Assembly (NCBI GenBank): GCA_039738415.1
Contig: JBCLLY010000007.1
Span: 1 to 36,515 of the forward strand
DNA from: Candidatus Levyibacteriota bacterium
Lineage (GTDB): Bacteria > Patescibacteriota > Microgenomatia > Levybacterales > GWA1-39-11
DNA: 36,515 bases
Direction of reading: 5' to 3'
How positions within the stretch are numbered: the stretch's first letter is position 1; each line of letters begins with the position of its first letter. Made by a program: the position numbers and the translations under genes. Below are positions 25,101 to 34,951 of the stretch, in pieces. Below the pieces are notes generated by a model, which was not told the DNA's origin, ran no database searches, and saw nothing but the letters and a program-made list of their open reading frames with translations.

Positions 25101-25385
25101 TCATGGTCGGAAAGTAACGCGCAGCTGCATTTTGTAAATGTTCCAATCAAGCACAAAGATGCATGGGTATTTCCTGTTGGGCTCCAGGATGCTATATGGT
25201 TGAGATTTCGCAACGATGATTTGCAGGTTTATATCCATAACGATTTAGGTAGTGCGCTTAACGTAGCAGGCGTTGATCCGAACAAATGGGTTTTGGTATT
25301 TGAAGATGACGGTGGAGTGCGCGAGATGATTCGTTATAAGAATAGAATTACAGGCGAGTTAGAATACGATTTAGGAGTTGAATAA
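22152..25385 (+). CDS. O-antigen-ligase/Wzy_C-like domain fused to a second GT-C-like membrane domain (1077 aa)
   Basis: N-half: RVPSTFAGH, TVSRVS, a large periplasmic loop, then R...W...FLGSGYGS...DNNYLRVLGEIGIIG. C-half: NNYFIGDDF, FYRP, FH..SI.LH and RYSYL, as in PMT/TMTC-like GT-C proteins. Confidence 0.8.
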   Translation: MKKIIAWIGNNALFLSTLFLLAFIPLYPKLPLIDIKNTWVYVRAEDFFVFFVLIIWLVYILKKRITFRTPLTIPILFFWVVGAVATIHGIIIIFPNTANVFPNVAFLSYLRHIEYLSVFFVAFAGMRDKKFLKIVIAVLILTLLGVILYGFGQRYLGFPAYLTMNEEFAKGIPIQLSSLSRVPSTFAGHYDLAAYLVLILPIIGSLIFGFRNWFMKIFLGICVVLGVVLLFMTVSRVSFFVLLISFLIVLFFHKKRFVFYSIPVVAVLAIVFFSFLSTTLLDRFGSTVREINVLVDAKTGAAIGHVQYVPPEYFADKIIGQQNVAGKEQLDIVLGGDIDGDSSATPSALLPQALFFEQTPLVVDTNISTGENLPQGTGYINLSLSPLDRKLGSFFYEQTTRAGASVSAQVVIFHGDFLVKRVAAYDLSFTTRFQGGWPNAIEAFVKNIFLGSGYGSVSLAVDNNYLRVLGEIGIIGLMSFVGIFVVLGLYIKKMLPKTNSKILRSFVLGYCAGVIGLALNASLIDVFEASKIAFVLWLLTGVVVGLLSLYQTKESNLFETLKKALLSPYSVIIFIFILTFTIYLPILNNYFIGDDFTWFRWAADCNIGSISQCSSMFERIAQYFTSSDGFFYRPGTKVYFLLMYSTFWLNQVVFHAVSIFLHFLVAVLFFFLAKKILKSNAMAIIASALFVIMSGYSEIVLWISATGHLFNAVFILASLLTFILWEEKKKLVFYLFSILFIFLSTLFHEMGVIAPLLIVLYKMTKDYNFSLKWIFKRVDYLILFIPVITYLAMRFFAQSHWYGGDYSYNLLKLPFNFLGNLAGYFALSVMGSVVLPFYQVLRDSLRENIGITLIAVSILILVSYLLYRLFLRRIDRESRRILIFGFCFFAISLLPFLALGNITSRYSYLASLGIIIVIVFFGNKLYLGLRSHGADIAIGSMAVVLAVFSLLHIIQLQQSRTDWKTAGNKIEKFFVSIDSLYQNSWSESNAQLHFVNVPIKHKDAWVFPVGLQDAIWLRFRNDDLQVYIHNDLGSALNVAGVDPNKWVLVFEDDGGVREMIRYKNRITGELEYDLGVE

Positions 25386-25448
25386 AATTACACCCCAGCT
25401 GTCTCTCTTAAATTGATAATAAATAGTCTTTAGATTAGAATTGATTAG

Positions 25449-26888
25449 ATGATTAAGCTTAAAACAGCAATTCTTATACTTATTTTTTTTCTGGGATTTA
25501 TAGTTAGGCTTTATAGATTTGAAGAACCTGTTGCCGACTGGCATTCATTTAGGCAGTCAGATACTGCAGCAGTGTCCCAAATTTTTGTAAATGAGGGATA
25601 CAATTTACTATACCCAAAGTATTTTGATATTTCTAACGTGCAGTCAGGACTTGATAATCCCAAAGGTTATCGATTTGTAGAATTTCCAATATATAATTTT
25701 TTCCAAGCGCTTTTGTTTAAAAGTATTGGGCTTATTTCTCTGGATCAGTGGGGAAGGTTATTAAATATTACCCTCTCTCTAGTTACAGGTCTGGTTATTT
25801 ATTTGTTGGTTAGAAAATACTTTAATAAAATAGCGGCAGTAGCGAGTTTGGCGGCATTTCTTTTCCTACCGTTCTCTATTTTTTATAGCAGGGTTATTCT
25901 TCCGGATATTTTGATGACAACATCAATTATGTTGGGGATTTACTTTTTTGACCGGCATATTGAAAAACACAAGGTAAAAGGGCAGAAAATTGTATTTTAT
26001 TTGCTATCCCTGTTGTTTGTTTCACTAGCATTTCTCGTAAAGCCATTTGCGTTATTTTTTACTCTTCCCCTTATTTTTCTTGCATACAAAAAATTTGGAT
26101 TAAAGATGTTTTTCAAATGGCATTTATATGCTTTTGCATTTATTTGCCTACTTCCGTTATATTTCTGGAGAAACTGGATCAGTCAATTTCCCGAAGGAAT
26201 TCCAGCATCAGCATGGTTATTTAACGGCAACGATATACGTTTTAGACCTGCTTTTTTCAGATGGATATTTTTTGAAAGGGTAACGAAATTAATTCTTGGC
26301 TATGCGGGTGTCATTTTTTTAATCTCAAGTTTTTCAGTTTTGTATAAAAACAAAAATATTCTATTTTTCGCTTCATTTGCGGTTTCGAGCTTAATTTACC
26401 TTTTTGTTATGGCAACCGGAAATGTGCAGCACGATTATTATCAAATATTAATAATGCCAACAATTTCAATGTTTTTTGGTATTGGAGTTTATGGTTTATA
26501 TAAATTTATCTCTTCAAAATTAAACAATATTATTGCTTGCGCGGCAATTATTGTTTTTTCTGTTGGAACGTTTTATTTTTCTTGGTATCAAGTTAAGGAT
26601 TACTTTAATATTAACGATAGAGGTATGGTAGCAGCGGGTACGCGGGCAAACGAGATATTACCGGAAGATGCAGTTATAATAGCACCTTACGATGGGAGTA
26701 CTACTTTATTAAATTTATCTCAAAGACGGGGGTGGCCAATTTTTCAGGAGTCAATAGAAGTGCTTATTTTAAAAGGAGCTACCTATATGGTAATCGCAAA
26801 TCCAACAGTAAATGACTTTGCAGGATTTGGTACCCAGTACGAAGTTGTTGATTCGTCGGATAAGTATTTGATATTAAAATTAAAATAA
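25449..26888 (+). CDS. ArnT/PMT-like GT-C glycosyltransferase
   Basis: DWHSFRQSDTAA, EFPIY, FYSRVILPD, LVKP and HDYYQ, in a multi-TM protein. Confidence 0.87.
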   Translation: MIKLKTAILILIFFLGFIVRLYRFEEPVADWHSFRQSDTAAVSQIFVNEGYNLLYPKYFDISNVQSGLDNPKGYRFVEFPIYNFFQALLFKSIGLISLDQWGRLLNITLSLVTGLVIYLLVRKYFNKIAAVASLAAFLFLPFSIFYSRVILPDILMTTSIMLGIYFFDRHIEKHKVKGQKIVFYLLSLLFVSLAFLVKPFALFFTLPLIFLAYKKFGLKMFFKWHLYAFAFICLLPLYFWRNWISQFPEGIPASAWLFNGNDIRFRPAFFRWIFFERVTKLILGYAGVIFLISSFSVLYKNKNILFFASFAVSSLIYLFVMATGNVQHDYYQILIMPTISMFFGIGVYGLYKFISSKLNNIIACAAIIVFSVGTFYFSWYQVKDYFNINDRGMVAAGTRANEILPEDAVIIAPYDGSTTLLNLSQRRGWPIFQESIEVLILKGATYMVIANPTVNDFAGFGTQYEVVDSSDKYLILKLK

Positions 26889-26893
26889 AAAAA

Positions 26894-28072
26894 ATGATAA
26901 AAGTATTATTTGTAACATACGATTTCCCATATCCACTTAATTCCGGAGGTAAAAATAGAGCTTATAATTTGATAAAATTTGCAAAAAAAGATGATATAGG
27001 CATAGATCTTTTATCCTTTGTAAGAGAGAATTTTGAATATAAAAATTTAGAAGAGTTAAAAAAGATTGGAGTCAATAATATAGAAATATATAAAAGAAGA
27101 AAGGTGAAATCAGTTCTTACTATAGGTAAAAATCTAGTTACTAAGGATTCTATTTTTAAAACTTTATATAACGATAAAAAGTTTTTTAGTATTATGAAAA
27201 AAATGATTAAGGAAAATAATATTGATATTATTCATTTTGAGTCCAGCTACGTTGGTTACTATATGGGTAAGGAGTTAAAAAAAATAGGTGTTAAGCAGAT
27301 TTTAGGCACAGAAAATATAGAATATATTCTTTATGAGGATTTTTTGAAAAGATCAAGAAATATTATAAAAAAGCCCATTCTTTCATATCAAATAAAAAGA
27401 TTTAAAAACGAAGAGGAGAAAATGATGAGGGATGCAGATATTTCAATCGCAGTTACGAAAGAAGAGGCGGCGCATATATCGAGTATCTCCAACAAAAAAT
27501 GCGAAGTAATAGAGAATGCTATAAATCTGAAAGAGCTAAATTTTAAGTTTGACAGCAAGAATAATAATAATATTTTATTTGTCGGAAATTTTACCTATAT
27601 GCCAAATGTACAAGCGATAAAATACTTTATAGATAAAGTATTGCCGCTTTTAGATAAAAAAATTACCTTGACTATAATTGGTCGTAAGATAAAAGATTTA
27701 GTGCCAAAGACAAAACAAATCATTGCTTTGGAATATGTGCAAGATCTAGTTAGTGAATATAGAAAAGCAGACTTGTTAGTTTTCCCTATAAGAATAGGTG
27801 GGGGAACAAATTTTAAGATTCTTGAAGCAATGGCGCTTGGGGTTCCAGTTGTTGCTTTTCCGCAGAGACTGTCAAGTATTGGGGCAAGAAAAGGAGTACA
27901 CTATTTTGAAGTAAATAGCGCTGAGGATTTTGTCCGTGAAATAGAGGCAATAACTACCGACAAGAAGATAACATCAGAAGTTGTCAAAAATGCCCGAAGT
28001 TTGGTTGAGCAAAATTACTCTTGGGAAAAAGTAGGTGATAAGTTATCTAATGTATGGAGAAGTTTAGTATGA
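26894..28072 (+). CDS. GT4 glycosyltransferase
   Basis: FPYPLNSGGKNR, FVGNFTYMPN and GGGTNFKILEAMALGVPVV. Confidence 0.92.
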   Translation: MIKVLFVTYDFPYPLNSGGKNRAYNLIKFAKKDDIGIDLLSFVRENFEYKNLEELKKIGVNNIEIYKRRKVKSVLTIGKNLVTKDSIFKTLYNDKKFFSIMKKMIKENNIDIIHFESSYVGYYMGKELKKIGVKQILGTENIEYILYEDFLKRSRNIIKKPILSYQIKRFKNEEEKMMRDADISIAVTKEEAAHISSISNKKCEVIENAINLKELNFKFDSKNNNNILFVGNFTYMPNVQAIKYFIDKVLPLLDKKITLTIIGRKIKDLVPKTKQIIALEYVQDLVSEYRKADLLVFPIRIGGGTNFKILEAMALGVPVVAFPQRLSSIGARKGVHYFEVNSAEDFVREIEAITTDKKITSEVVKNARSLVEQNYSWEKVGDKLSNVWRSLV

Positions 28073-28983
28073 AAAAAATTGATTTATCTGTAATTATTGT
28101 AACTTTCAAATCAGAGAATTTGATCGAGAAATGTTTGGATTCAATATATGATACTGTCAAGAATTTAAATTTTGAAGTGATTATCTCTGATAATAGTCCA
28201 AATGATAATACTGCTGGAGTTATAAATAAAATAAAAAGTAAGTATAAGGATTTAACTTTTATAAAAAATAAAAAAAATGAGGGATTTTCAAAGGGAAATA
28301 ATATCGGTATTAAAAAAGCTCATGGAGAATACGTTTTATTTTTAAATCCCGATATGGTTTTAAAAGAGAATTCCTTAATGGGGGTTTTTGAATTTATGAA
28401 ATTGCATCCGGAGGCGGGTGCTGCAACGTGTAAAGTAGTCTTGCTGAATGGAGAACTGGACGACTCTTGCCATAGGGGATTTCCTACGCCCTGGAGAGCG
28501 TTTTGTCATTTTACAAAACTATCAAGGATGTTTCCCAAGAGTAAGTTGTTCTCTGGATATAATTTAACCTATCTTAATCTATCGAAAATACATGAAATAG
28601 ATTCTTTGGCGGGTTCTTTTATGATGATGCCCTACTTAGTAGGAAAAAAATTGAACTGGTGGGATGAGGACTTTTTTTTCTACGGTGAAGATATAGATTT
28701 TTGTTACAGGATTAAGGAAAGTGGTTTAAAAATATATTTTGTTCCGGAATTTAGCGCACTGCATTATAAAGGAGCTTCAAGCGGAATTAAAAAAATTTCG
28801 AAAGAATTTTCTACTGCAAATAAGCAGACAAAGAAATGGGTAACAGAGCAGCGCTTTAAGGCAATGGGAATATTTTATGATAAACATTACAGACATAAAT
28901 ATCCGGCAATAATCAGAAACATTGTACTGTTGGGTATTAAATTAAAATGGAATTTAGCAAGGATTAATAACGAACTGAATTAA
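28069..28983 (+). CDS. GT2 glycosyltransferase (WbbL-like)
   Basis: DLSVIIV, NEGFSKGNN, FLNPD and DEDFFFYGEDIDFC. ATG 28069 (ATGA overlap) is preferred over 28054. Confidence 0.92.
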   Translation: MKKIDLSVIIVTFKSENLIEKCLDSIYDTVKNLNFEVIISDNSPNDNTAGVINKIKSKYKDLTFIKNKKNEGFSKGNNIGIKKAHGEYVLFLNPDMVLKENSLMGVFEFMKLHPEAGAATCKVVLLNGELDDSCHRGFPTPWRAFCHFTKLSRMFPKSKLFSGYNLTYLNLSKIHEIDSLAGSFMMMPYLVGKKLNWWDEDFFFYGEDIDFCYRIKESGLKIYFVPEFSALHYKGASSGIKKISKEFSTANKQTKKWVTEQRFKAMGIFYDKHYRHKYPAIIRNIVLLGIKLKWNLARINNELN

Positions 28984-28984
28984 A

Positions 28985-30097
28985 ATGAAGGTAGGGATAG
29001 ACGCGCGTCTTTATTTTGAGAGTGGTGTAGGAAGGTATATAAAAAATACTTTGGAAGAGCTGGATAAGTTTTGTATCTCCAGCGATACTGAAGACAAATA
29101 TTATATTTTTCTCTCAAAAAAAGGATTTGAGAGTGTTAATTTTAAAAGTAAAGCCTTAATAAAAGTTGAGTCGGATATTGCCTGGCACTCCGTAAAAGAA
29201 CAAGTTAGCTTTTCCAAAATTTTAAATTCTTATAATCTTGATTTAATGCATTTCACCTACTTTTCTCTACCAATTTTTTATAAGAGAAAGTTCGTAGTGA
29301 CAATTCACGATTTAATTATTAATAGCATTGATACTGGAAAAGCGACAACTCTTCCAAAACCAATATACAAAATAAAAAGATTTGCTTACCATATGGTGGT
29401 CAAGCATGCTGTAAAAAATTCGAGTTTTATTATTGTTCCATCTGAAAGCACAAAAAATGAAATCCTGCATACCTACAGGATAAATAGTGAAAAAATAACG
29501 ATAATTCCTGAGGGAATAGATCCTGAATTTTTGAGTGAATCAAAAAAACCAAAAATTAATCTTCCTAAAAAGTTTATCCTTTATGTAGGAAACGCTTATC
29601 CGCACAAGAACCTGGATAGACTCGTTGAGGCCTATACGAGAGTTGAGAAAGAGATTGAGGAAGATCTTGTATTTGTAGGAAAAAGTGATTATTTTTACAA
29701 AAGATTGTCGGCAAAGACAAGAAGCAATCCTAGAATTAAAATACTACACGATATTGATGACAATGCGCTGTCTTATTTATACGAACACGCAACTTTTTTG
29801 GTTGCGCCCTCACTTATGGAGGGATTTGGTCTTACGCCCCTGGAGGCAATGGCGCATAATTGCCTTCCGGTTGTGTCGAGTATTGACGCTTTTAAAAAGG
29901 TATGTGAAAATGCAGCATTATACTTTTTGCCTTACGATGTGGATAGTTTGGCTAGTACTTTTTTAAAAGCAGCAAGTTTGAACGATAAAGAAAAAAATGA
30001 ATTTAGAAAAAAATTTAAAGACAGGGTTAAACAATTTTCCTGGAAAAAGTCTTTCGTAGAGACTTTTAAAATATATGAACGTTGCAATAGTTTATGA
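28985..30097 (+). CDS. GT4 glycosyltransferase (MtfB-like)
   Basis: MKVGIDAR, GVGRY, VTIHDL, YVGNAYPHKN and EGFGLTPLEAM. Confidence 0.93.
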   Translation: MKVGIDARLYFESGVGRYIKNTLEELDKFCISSDTEDKYYIFLSKKGFESVNFKSKALIKVESDIAWHSVKEQVSFSKILNSYNLDLMHFTYFSLPIFYKRKFVVTIHDLIINSIDTGKATTLPKPIYKIKRFAYHMVVKHAVKNSSFIIVPSESTKNEILHTYRINSEKITIIPEGIDPEFLSESKKPKINLPKKFILYVGNAYPHKNLDRLVEAYTRVEKEIEEDLVFVGKSDYFYKRLSAKTRSNPRIKILHDIDDNALSYLYEHATFLVAPSLMEGFGLTPLEAMAHNCLPVVSSIDAFKKVCENAALYFLPYDVDSLASTFLKAASLNDKEKNEFRKKFKDRVKQFSWKKSFVETFKIYERCNSL

Positions 30098-31163
30098 CAG
30101 AGTAAATAAATGGGGGGGTGCTGAGCGCGTTCTTTTAGAACTTCACAAAATGTTTCCTGATGCACCTCTTTATACTTCTTTATATTCTCCAAATAAGGCA
30201 AGATGGGCGTCTGTTTTTTCTGTAAGAACAACTTTTTTACAAAGAATAAAATTATTGCGGGATAAGCATGAAATATTGGCTATTTTTATGCCCATTGCTT
30301 TTGAATCATTAGATTTTAGTAAGTATGACTTAGTAATTTCGGTTACCAGTGAGTCAGCAAAGGGGATTATTACTGGTCCTTTCACAAAACACATATGTAT
30401 ATGTCTTACCCCCACGCGTTATCTATGGAGTGATTATGAAAAGTACTTTAACAGCAGTTTTTTTATAATAATTTCCAGTCCCTTTGTTTCTTACCTAAAA
30501 TATTGGGATAAAATTGCCATAAGACGTCCCGACAAAGTAATTGCAATTTCTGAAAATATAAAAAGGAAGATAAAAAAATATTATGCTATAGATAGCGACG
30601 TAATATATCCGCCGTCAAGCTCAATTCTTGATGAAAAGAAAGTTACTTTACCCCCTGAAAAAGACTATTTTTTAGTCGTATCGCGGCTTGTGCCGTACAA
30701 AAAAATTGATATTGTAGTAAGAGCGGCAAGTGAGCTTAATTTACCTCTTATAGTTGTGGGTAGGGGAGTAGAAAAAAAGAAGTTAGTAAAAATCGCAGGT
30801 AAATCTGTAAAATTTAAAGAATATGTTGCAGATGATTTGCTCAGAGGATATTTAAAAAACGCAAAGGCGCTTATTTATCCCTCGGACGAGGATTTTGGAA
30901 TTGGCATGGTGGAGGCACAGCTCCACGGCCTTCCCGTTATTGCATTAGATAGGGGAGCTTCCAAAGAGATTGTAATTGAGGGAAAAACCGGAGTATTATT
31001 TGAAGACCAGTCTGTGGGTGCGCTTAAAAATGCATTGAAAAAGTTTAAAAAAGATAAGTATAATGAAAATGATTGTTATGAAAATGGTCTAAGGTTTTCT
31101 AGCGAAAAGTTTAGGGAAAATTTTAGCAGATATATAAATGATGTTATAATTAGAAATTCGTAA
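30075..31163 (+). CDS. GT4 glycosyltransferase (WbaZ-like mannosyltransferase)
   Basis: GGAERVL, TPTRYLW, SRLVPYKKID and EDFGIGMVEA. Confidence 0.92.
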   Translation: MNVAIVYDRVNKWGGAERVLLELHKMFPDAPLYTSLYSPNKARWASVFSVRTTFLQRIKLLRDKHEILAIFMPIAFESLDFSKYDLVISVTSESAKGIITGPFTKHICICLTPTRYLWSDYEKYFNSSFFIIISSPFVSYLKYWDKIAIRRPDKVIAISENIKRKIKKYYAIDSDVIYPPSSSILDEKKVTLPPEKDYFLVVSRLVPYKKIDIVVRAASELNLPLIVVGRGVEKKKLVKIAGKSVKFKEYVADDLLRGYLKNAKALIYPSDEDFGIGMVEAQLHGLPVIALDRGASKEIVIEGKTGVLFEDQSVGALKNALKKFKKDKYNENDCYENGLRFSSEKFRENFSRYINDVIIRNS

Positions 31164-31172
31164 ATATATAAT

Positions 31173-32255
31173 ATGAAAGCAGTTATTTTTGCAGGAGGAG
31201 TTGGAACAAGGCTTTGGCCACTATCAAGACAAAACACACCAAAACAATTCGAAAAGATTACAGGAGATAAATCAACTTTACAGCTTGCGGTTGAAAGACT
31301 GTATCCGGACTTCAAGCCCGAAGATATTTATGTATCTACAGGGGAAAAGTATAAGGAAGTAGTATTTAACCAGCTTCTTGATATACCCCGCGAGAATTTT
31401 ATTTTTGAACCAGCGGTGAGAGATGTTGGACCGGCTGTAGCAGCAGCCTGTGCAATTGTCGGGAAAGATGCTCCAAACGAACCGGTAGCAATTATTTGGA
31501 GCGATCACTTTGTCAAAAAGGAAAGAAGATTTAGGGAAGTCCTGAGATTTGCCGAGAAAGCGGTTAAAAAAAACCCAGACTTGCTAATTTTTATAGGTCA
31601 AAGAGCCAGGTTTGCAAACCAAAACTTAGGGTGGCTTGAATTTGGCGATGAGGTAGATTCTATAAGGGGAACAAAGGTATTTGAATTCAAGCGGTTAATT
31701 TACAGACCCAGTTTGAAAGAAGCGCAGCAGTTTTTGAAAAGTGATAAATTTGCGTGGAATCCAGGATACTTTGTCACAACTCCTCATTTTATTCTAAAAT
31801 CTTATAAGAAATTTTCACCCGATATCTGGAAAGGAGTAAAAAAAATTCAGGAAGCAGTAGGAACGGAAAAGTTTGAGCAAGTTATGCAAAGCACTTATCC
31901 AAAACTTGAGAAAATAAGCTTTGATAATGCAATTTTAGAAAAGTTGGATACTAAAAATGTTATGGTTATTGCGGCAGATTTGGGATGGAGTGATGTTGGT
32001 GCATGGGAAGCATTAAAGGAGGCACTTCAAATAAGCAGCTCTGAAAACGTTACCCGCGGGAAGGTTTTGATTACAGATTCTTCGGACAATCTTGTATTTA
32101 ATTACACAGATCAGCTTGCAGTAGGAATAGATTTAAACGGGATGATAATAATAAATACTGATGACGTACTTTTAGTATGCACAAAAGACTCAGTGCCAAA
32201 AATTAAAAAACTTGTGGAATCGCTTAAGGGTACTGAGCATGAAAATCTAACTTAG
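31173..32255 (+). CDS. manC: Mannose-1-phosphate guanylyltransferase
   Basis: AGGVGTRLWPLSR..PKQF, FEP..R, SDH, ISFDNAILEK and GWSDVGAW. There is no PMI cupin domain. Confidence 0.92.
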   Translation: MKAVIFAGGVGTRLWPLSRQNTPKQFEKITGDKSTLQLAVERLYPDFKPEDIYVSTGEKYKEVVFNQLLDIPRENFIFEPAVRDVGPAVAAACAIVGKDAPNEPVAIIWSDHFVKKERRFREVLRFAEKAVKKNPDLLIFIGQRARFANQNLGWLEFGDEVDSIRGTKVFEFKRLIYRPSLKEAQQFLKSDKFAWNPGYFVTTPHFILKSYKKFSPDIWKGVKKIQEAVGTEKFEQVMQSTYPKLEKISFDNAILEKLDTKNVMVIAADLGWSDVGAWEALKEALQISSSENVTRGKVLITDSSDNLVFNYTDQLAVGIDLNGMIIINTDDVLLVCTKDSVPKIKKLVESLKGTEHENLT

Positions 32256-32305
32256 CAATGAATACTAGTATTTTTTGATTCATGTTTTTGTAGTCATTTA
32301 TTCAT

Positions 32306-32944
32306 ATGTTTTACGATGTCTCAAAAAGAATTCTCGACGTAGTTTTTTCAATACTTCTTTTGATTTTATTCTCTCCCGTACTGCTTTTTGCTGTTATTGC
32401 TATAAAGCTAAATTCTCCAGGACCAATTTTTGCAGATACTCCTCCCAGAGTTGGAAAAAATGGAAAACAATTCAGAATGTATAAATTCCGGTCTATGGTG
32501 CAAAATGCCCACGACATATTGACAAGCGATCCTAAATATAAGCATCTCTTTGAGGAGTATAAAAGAAGTGGATATAAATTAAAAAATGATCCTCGAATAA
32601 CAAAAGTGGGCAGATTTATTAGAAAATATTCTATCGATGAAATGCCCCAATTTATAAATGTAATAAGCGGGGACATGAGTATCGTTGGTCCCAGAGCATA
32701 CTATCATGATGAGCTAATAGATCAGCAAAAAAAGTTTCCTTACACAAAAAAAGCAGTAGGAATCGTGTTATCAGTAAAGCCCGGAATAACAGGAGTGTGG
32801 CAAGTTTCGGGCAGAAGTGATATAAAGTTTGATACAAGAATTCAATTGGATGCAGATTATGCAAAAAAAAGGTCTGTTTTATTTGATTTATATTTAGCTT
32901 TACGTACTCCGTTTGCAATGCTTTCAGGCAAAGGTGCATTATAG
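32306..32944 (+). CDS. Priming undecaprenyl-phosphate phosphoglycosyl transferase (small monotopic Bac_transf family)
   Basis: KRILD, YKFRSM, DPRITKVGRFIRKYSIDEMPQ, GDMSIVGPR and KPGITGVWQVSGRS. Confidence 0.95.
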   Translation: MFYDVSKRILDVVFSILLLILFSPVLLFAVIAIKLNSPGPIFADTPPRVGKNGKQFRMYKFRSMVQNAHDILTSDPKYKHLFEEYKRSGYKLKNDPRITKVGRFIRKYSIDEMPQFINVISGDMSIVGPRAYYHDELIDQQKKFPYTKKAVGIVLSVKPGITGVWQVSGRSDIKFDTRIQLDADYAKKRSVLFDLYLALRTPFAMLSGKGAL

Positions 32945-32985
32945 AACATTGTATATAAAAAAGTTTTTATGATTTAATATAGCTT

Positions 32986-34950
32986 ATGGACACAAAAGGT
33001 TTTGAAAAGATAGAATTAAAAAGTGAGATTAAAGAGAATGAGCCTATTCAAAATAAGAATGATGATGTAAGTATGGGAAGAAGAAAGAAAAAATTTCCAA
33101 TTTCGCTAAAAAGTAGAAAGTCAAAAATTATACTAGGGATTATTTTTGCTTTTGTTTTGCTTGCTGTTTATACAACAATTACAGGAATAGGTGTTTATAA
33201 GCAGGTACGTGTAACGGAAGGGAAAGCCCGTCTTGTCCTGGATGCAGTAAAACAGAAGAACATAGAAGATACAAGAAACAGACTGATTGACACGCAGAAA
33301 GAGGTAAAAAGTCTCTCCTCGAAGATAAAAGGACTCTCTTATATCGGTTTTATTCCATTTTTGGGGAGTTACTATCGCGACGTGCAGCATTTAGTAAAAG
33401 CATCAGGCTATGGTATCGAGGCAGCGCTTATCACTACGGAGACATTGATACCTTATGCGGACTTACTGGGACTGAAGGGTGAAAGTAGCTTTGTGGGTGG
33501 TACAGCACAGGACAGAATAAGGCTTGCAGTGCAAACTATGGGAAAAGTAGTTCCAGAGGTAGATAGAATTGAAGAGAAGATAATCCTTGCAAAAAATGAG
33601 ATAGATGAGGTTAATCCGAGTCGTTATCCTGAAATTGGGCGTTTGAAAGAAGTGAAGAGTATGCTACTAGAGTTAAAACAGGGCATAGATGGGGCTGCTG
33701 TTGCGGTTGAGCAGGGGAAACCCCTTATAAAGGCTCTACCCGACTTATTAGGTGAATCTGAATCCAAGAGGTATCTGGTTCTTTTTCAGAATAATGCGGA
33801 GCTTCGTGCTACCGGAGGATTTTTAACTTTTTATTCAATATTTAAAGTTGATGAAGGAGTGATTGAAGTTGAGGACTCGTCGGATATTTATGAGCTGGAT
33901 GAAAGCATTCCTTCTCATCCGGCTCCTCCTCAGATTGTTAGAGATTACCTTGAGGTGAATAAATTATATATCCGGGACAGCAACTTATCTCCAGACTTCA
34001 AGGAGTCTATGGATAGTTTTATGAGTCAGTATAAAACTTCAAGCAAACAACAGGATATTGATGGGATTATTGCACTAGACACAGAAGTCCTGGTTGGCGC
34101 AATCCGTATTTTGGGGGAGGTATCTGCTTCAGGTTTGACATTTACAGCAGAAACTGATGAAAGATGCGATTGTCCGCAGGTTGTATATTTGCTTGAGGAT
34201 CAAATTTCACGTCCGGTAAATTACCTTAGAGCTAACAGAAAAGGTCTAATATCTGATTTGATGCTTGCGCTTATGAATAAAGCGCTCTCATCTGCTCCGG
34301 GGCAGTATTGGGGTCCACTGTTCCAGCAGTTTGTAAAAGATGCACAGGAAAAACACATTCTTTTTTACGTATTCAATAAAGACGCACAGAGCGGGATAGA
34401 GGCTCTTAATTGGGCGGGGAGAATTAAAGAGTTTGAAGGAGATTATTTTCACATAAATGATGTGAATTTAGGTGGAAATAAATCTAATTTGTTTGTAACT
34501 CAAAATATTGATATGGAGTATACAATCTCAACTAACGGGGAAATAAAAAAGAAAGTGACCATAGAATACAGAAACGGCTGGCCTCACTCAAATTGTAACC
34601 TTGAAAGTGGTGGATTGTGTCTTAATGCCAGACTTAGAAATTTTCAAAGAGTTTATGTCCCTAAAGGAACAACTCTTGACAAGGTAAAAGGGTCTGAAAT
34701 AAAAACTCAGACAAAAGAGGAACTTGGTAAAACATTTTTCGAGTCATTTTTGACAATTAATCCTTTGGGCAAAGCTGAAATTAATTATGAGTACACTTTG
34801 CCATTCAAACTAAAAGACGACTCTATACTCCCCCTTCTTATTCAAAAACAGCCCGGCGTAGACATGGTAAAAATAACAATATCCGTAAATGGTAAAAAGG
34901 TAGAAGAATTTGACTTAAGGCAAGATACGGAAATCGAGCTAAATATTTGA
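32986..34950 (+). CDS. DUF4012-like membrane-anchored protein
   Basis: N-terminal TM helix, YLVLFQNNAELRATGGF, RDSNLSPDF, IDGIIALD and NLGGNKSN. Confidence 0.85.
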   Translation: MDTKGFEKIELKSEIKENEPIQNKNDDVSMGRRKKKFPISLKSRKSKIILGIIFAFVLLAVYTTITGIGVYKQVRVTEGKARLVLDAVKQKNIEDTRNRLIDTQKEVKSLSSKIKGLSYIGFIPFLGSYYRDVQHLVKASGYGIEAALITTETLIPYADLLGLKGESSFVGGTAQDRIRLAVQTMGKVVPEVDRIEEKIILAKNEIDEVNPSRYPEIGRLKEVKSMLLELKQGIDGAAVAVEQGKPLIKALPDLLGESESKRYLVLFQNNAELRATGGFLTFYSIFKVDEGVIEVEDSSDIYELDESIPSHPAPPQIVRDYLEVNKLYIRDSNLSPDFKESMDSFMSQYKTSSKQQDIDGIIALDTEVLVGAIRILGEVSASGLTFTAETDERCDCPQVVYLLEDQISRPVNYLRANRKGLISDLMLALMNKALSSAPGQYWGPLFQQFVKDAQEKHILFYVFNKDAQSGIEALNWAGRIKEFEGDYFHINDVNLGGNKSNLFVTQNIDMEYTISTNGEIKKKVTIEYRNGWPHSNCNLESGGLCLNARLRNFQRVYVPKGTTLDKVKGSEIKTQTKEELGKTFFESFLTINPLGKAEINYEYTLPFKLKDDSILPLLIQKQPGVDMVKITISVNGKKVEEFDLRQDTEIELNI

Positions 34951-34951
34951 T

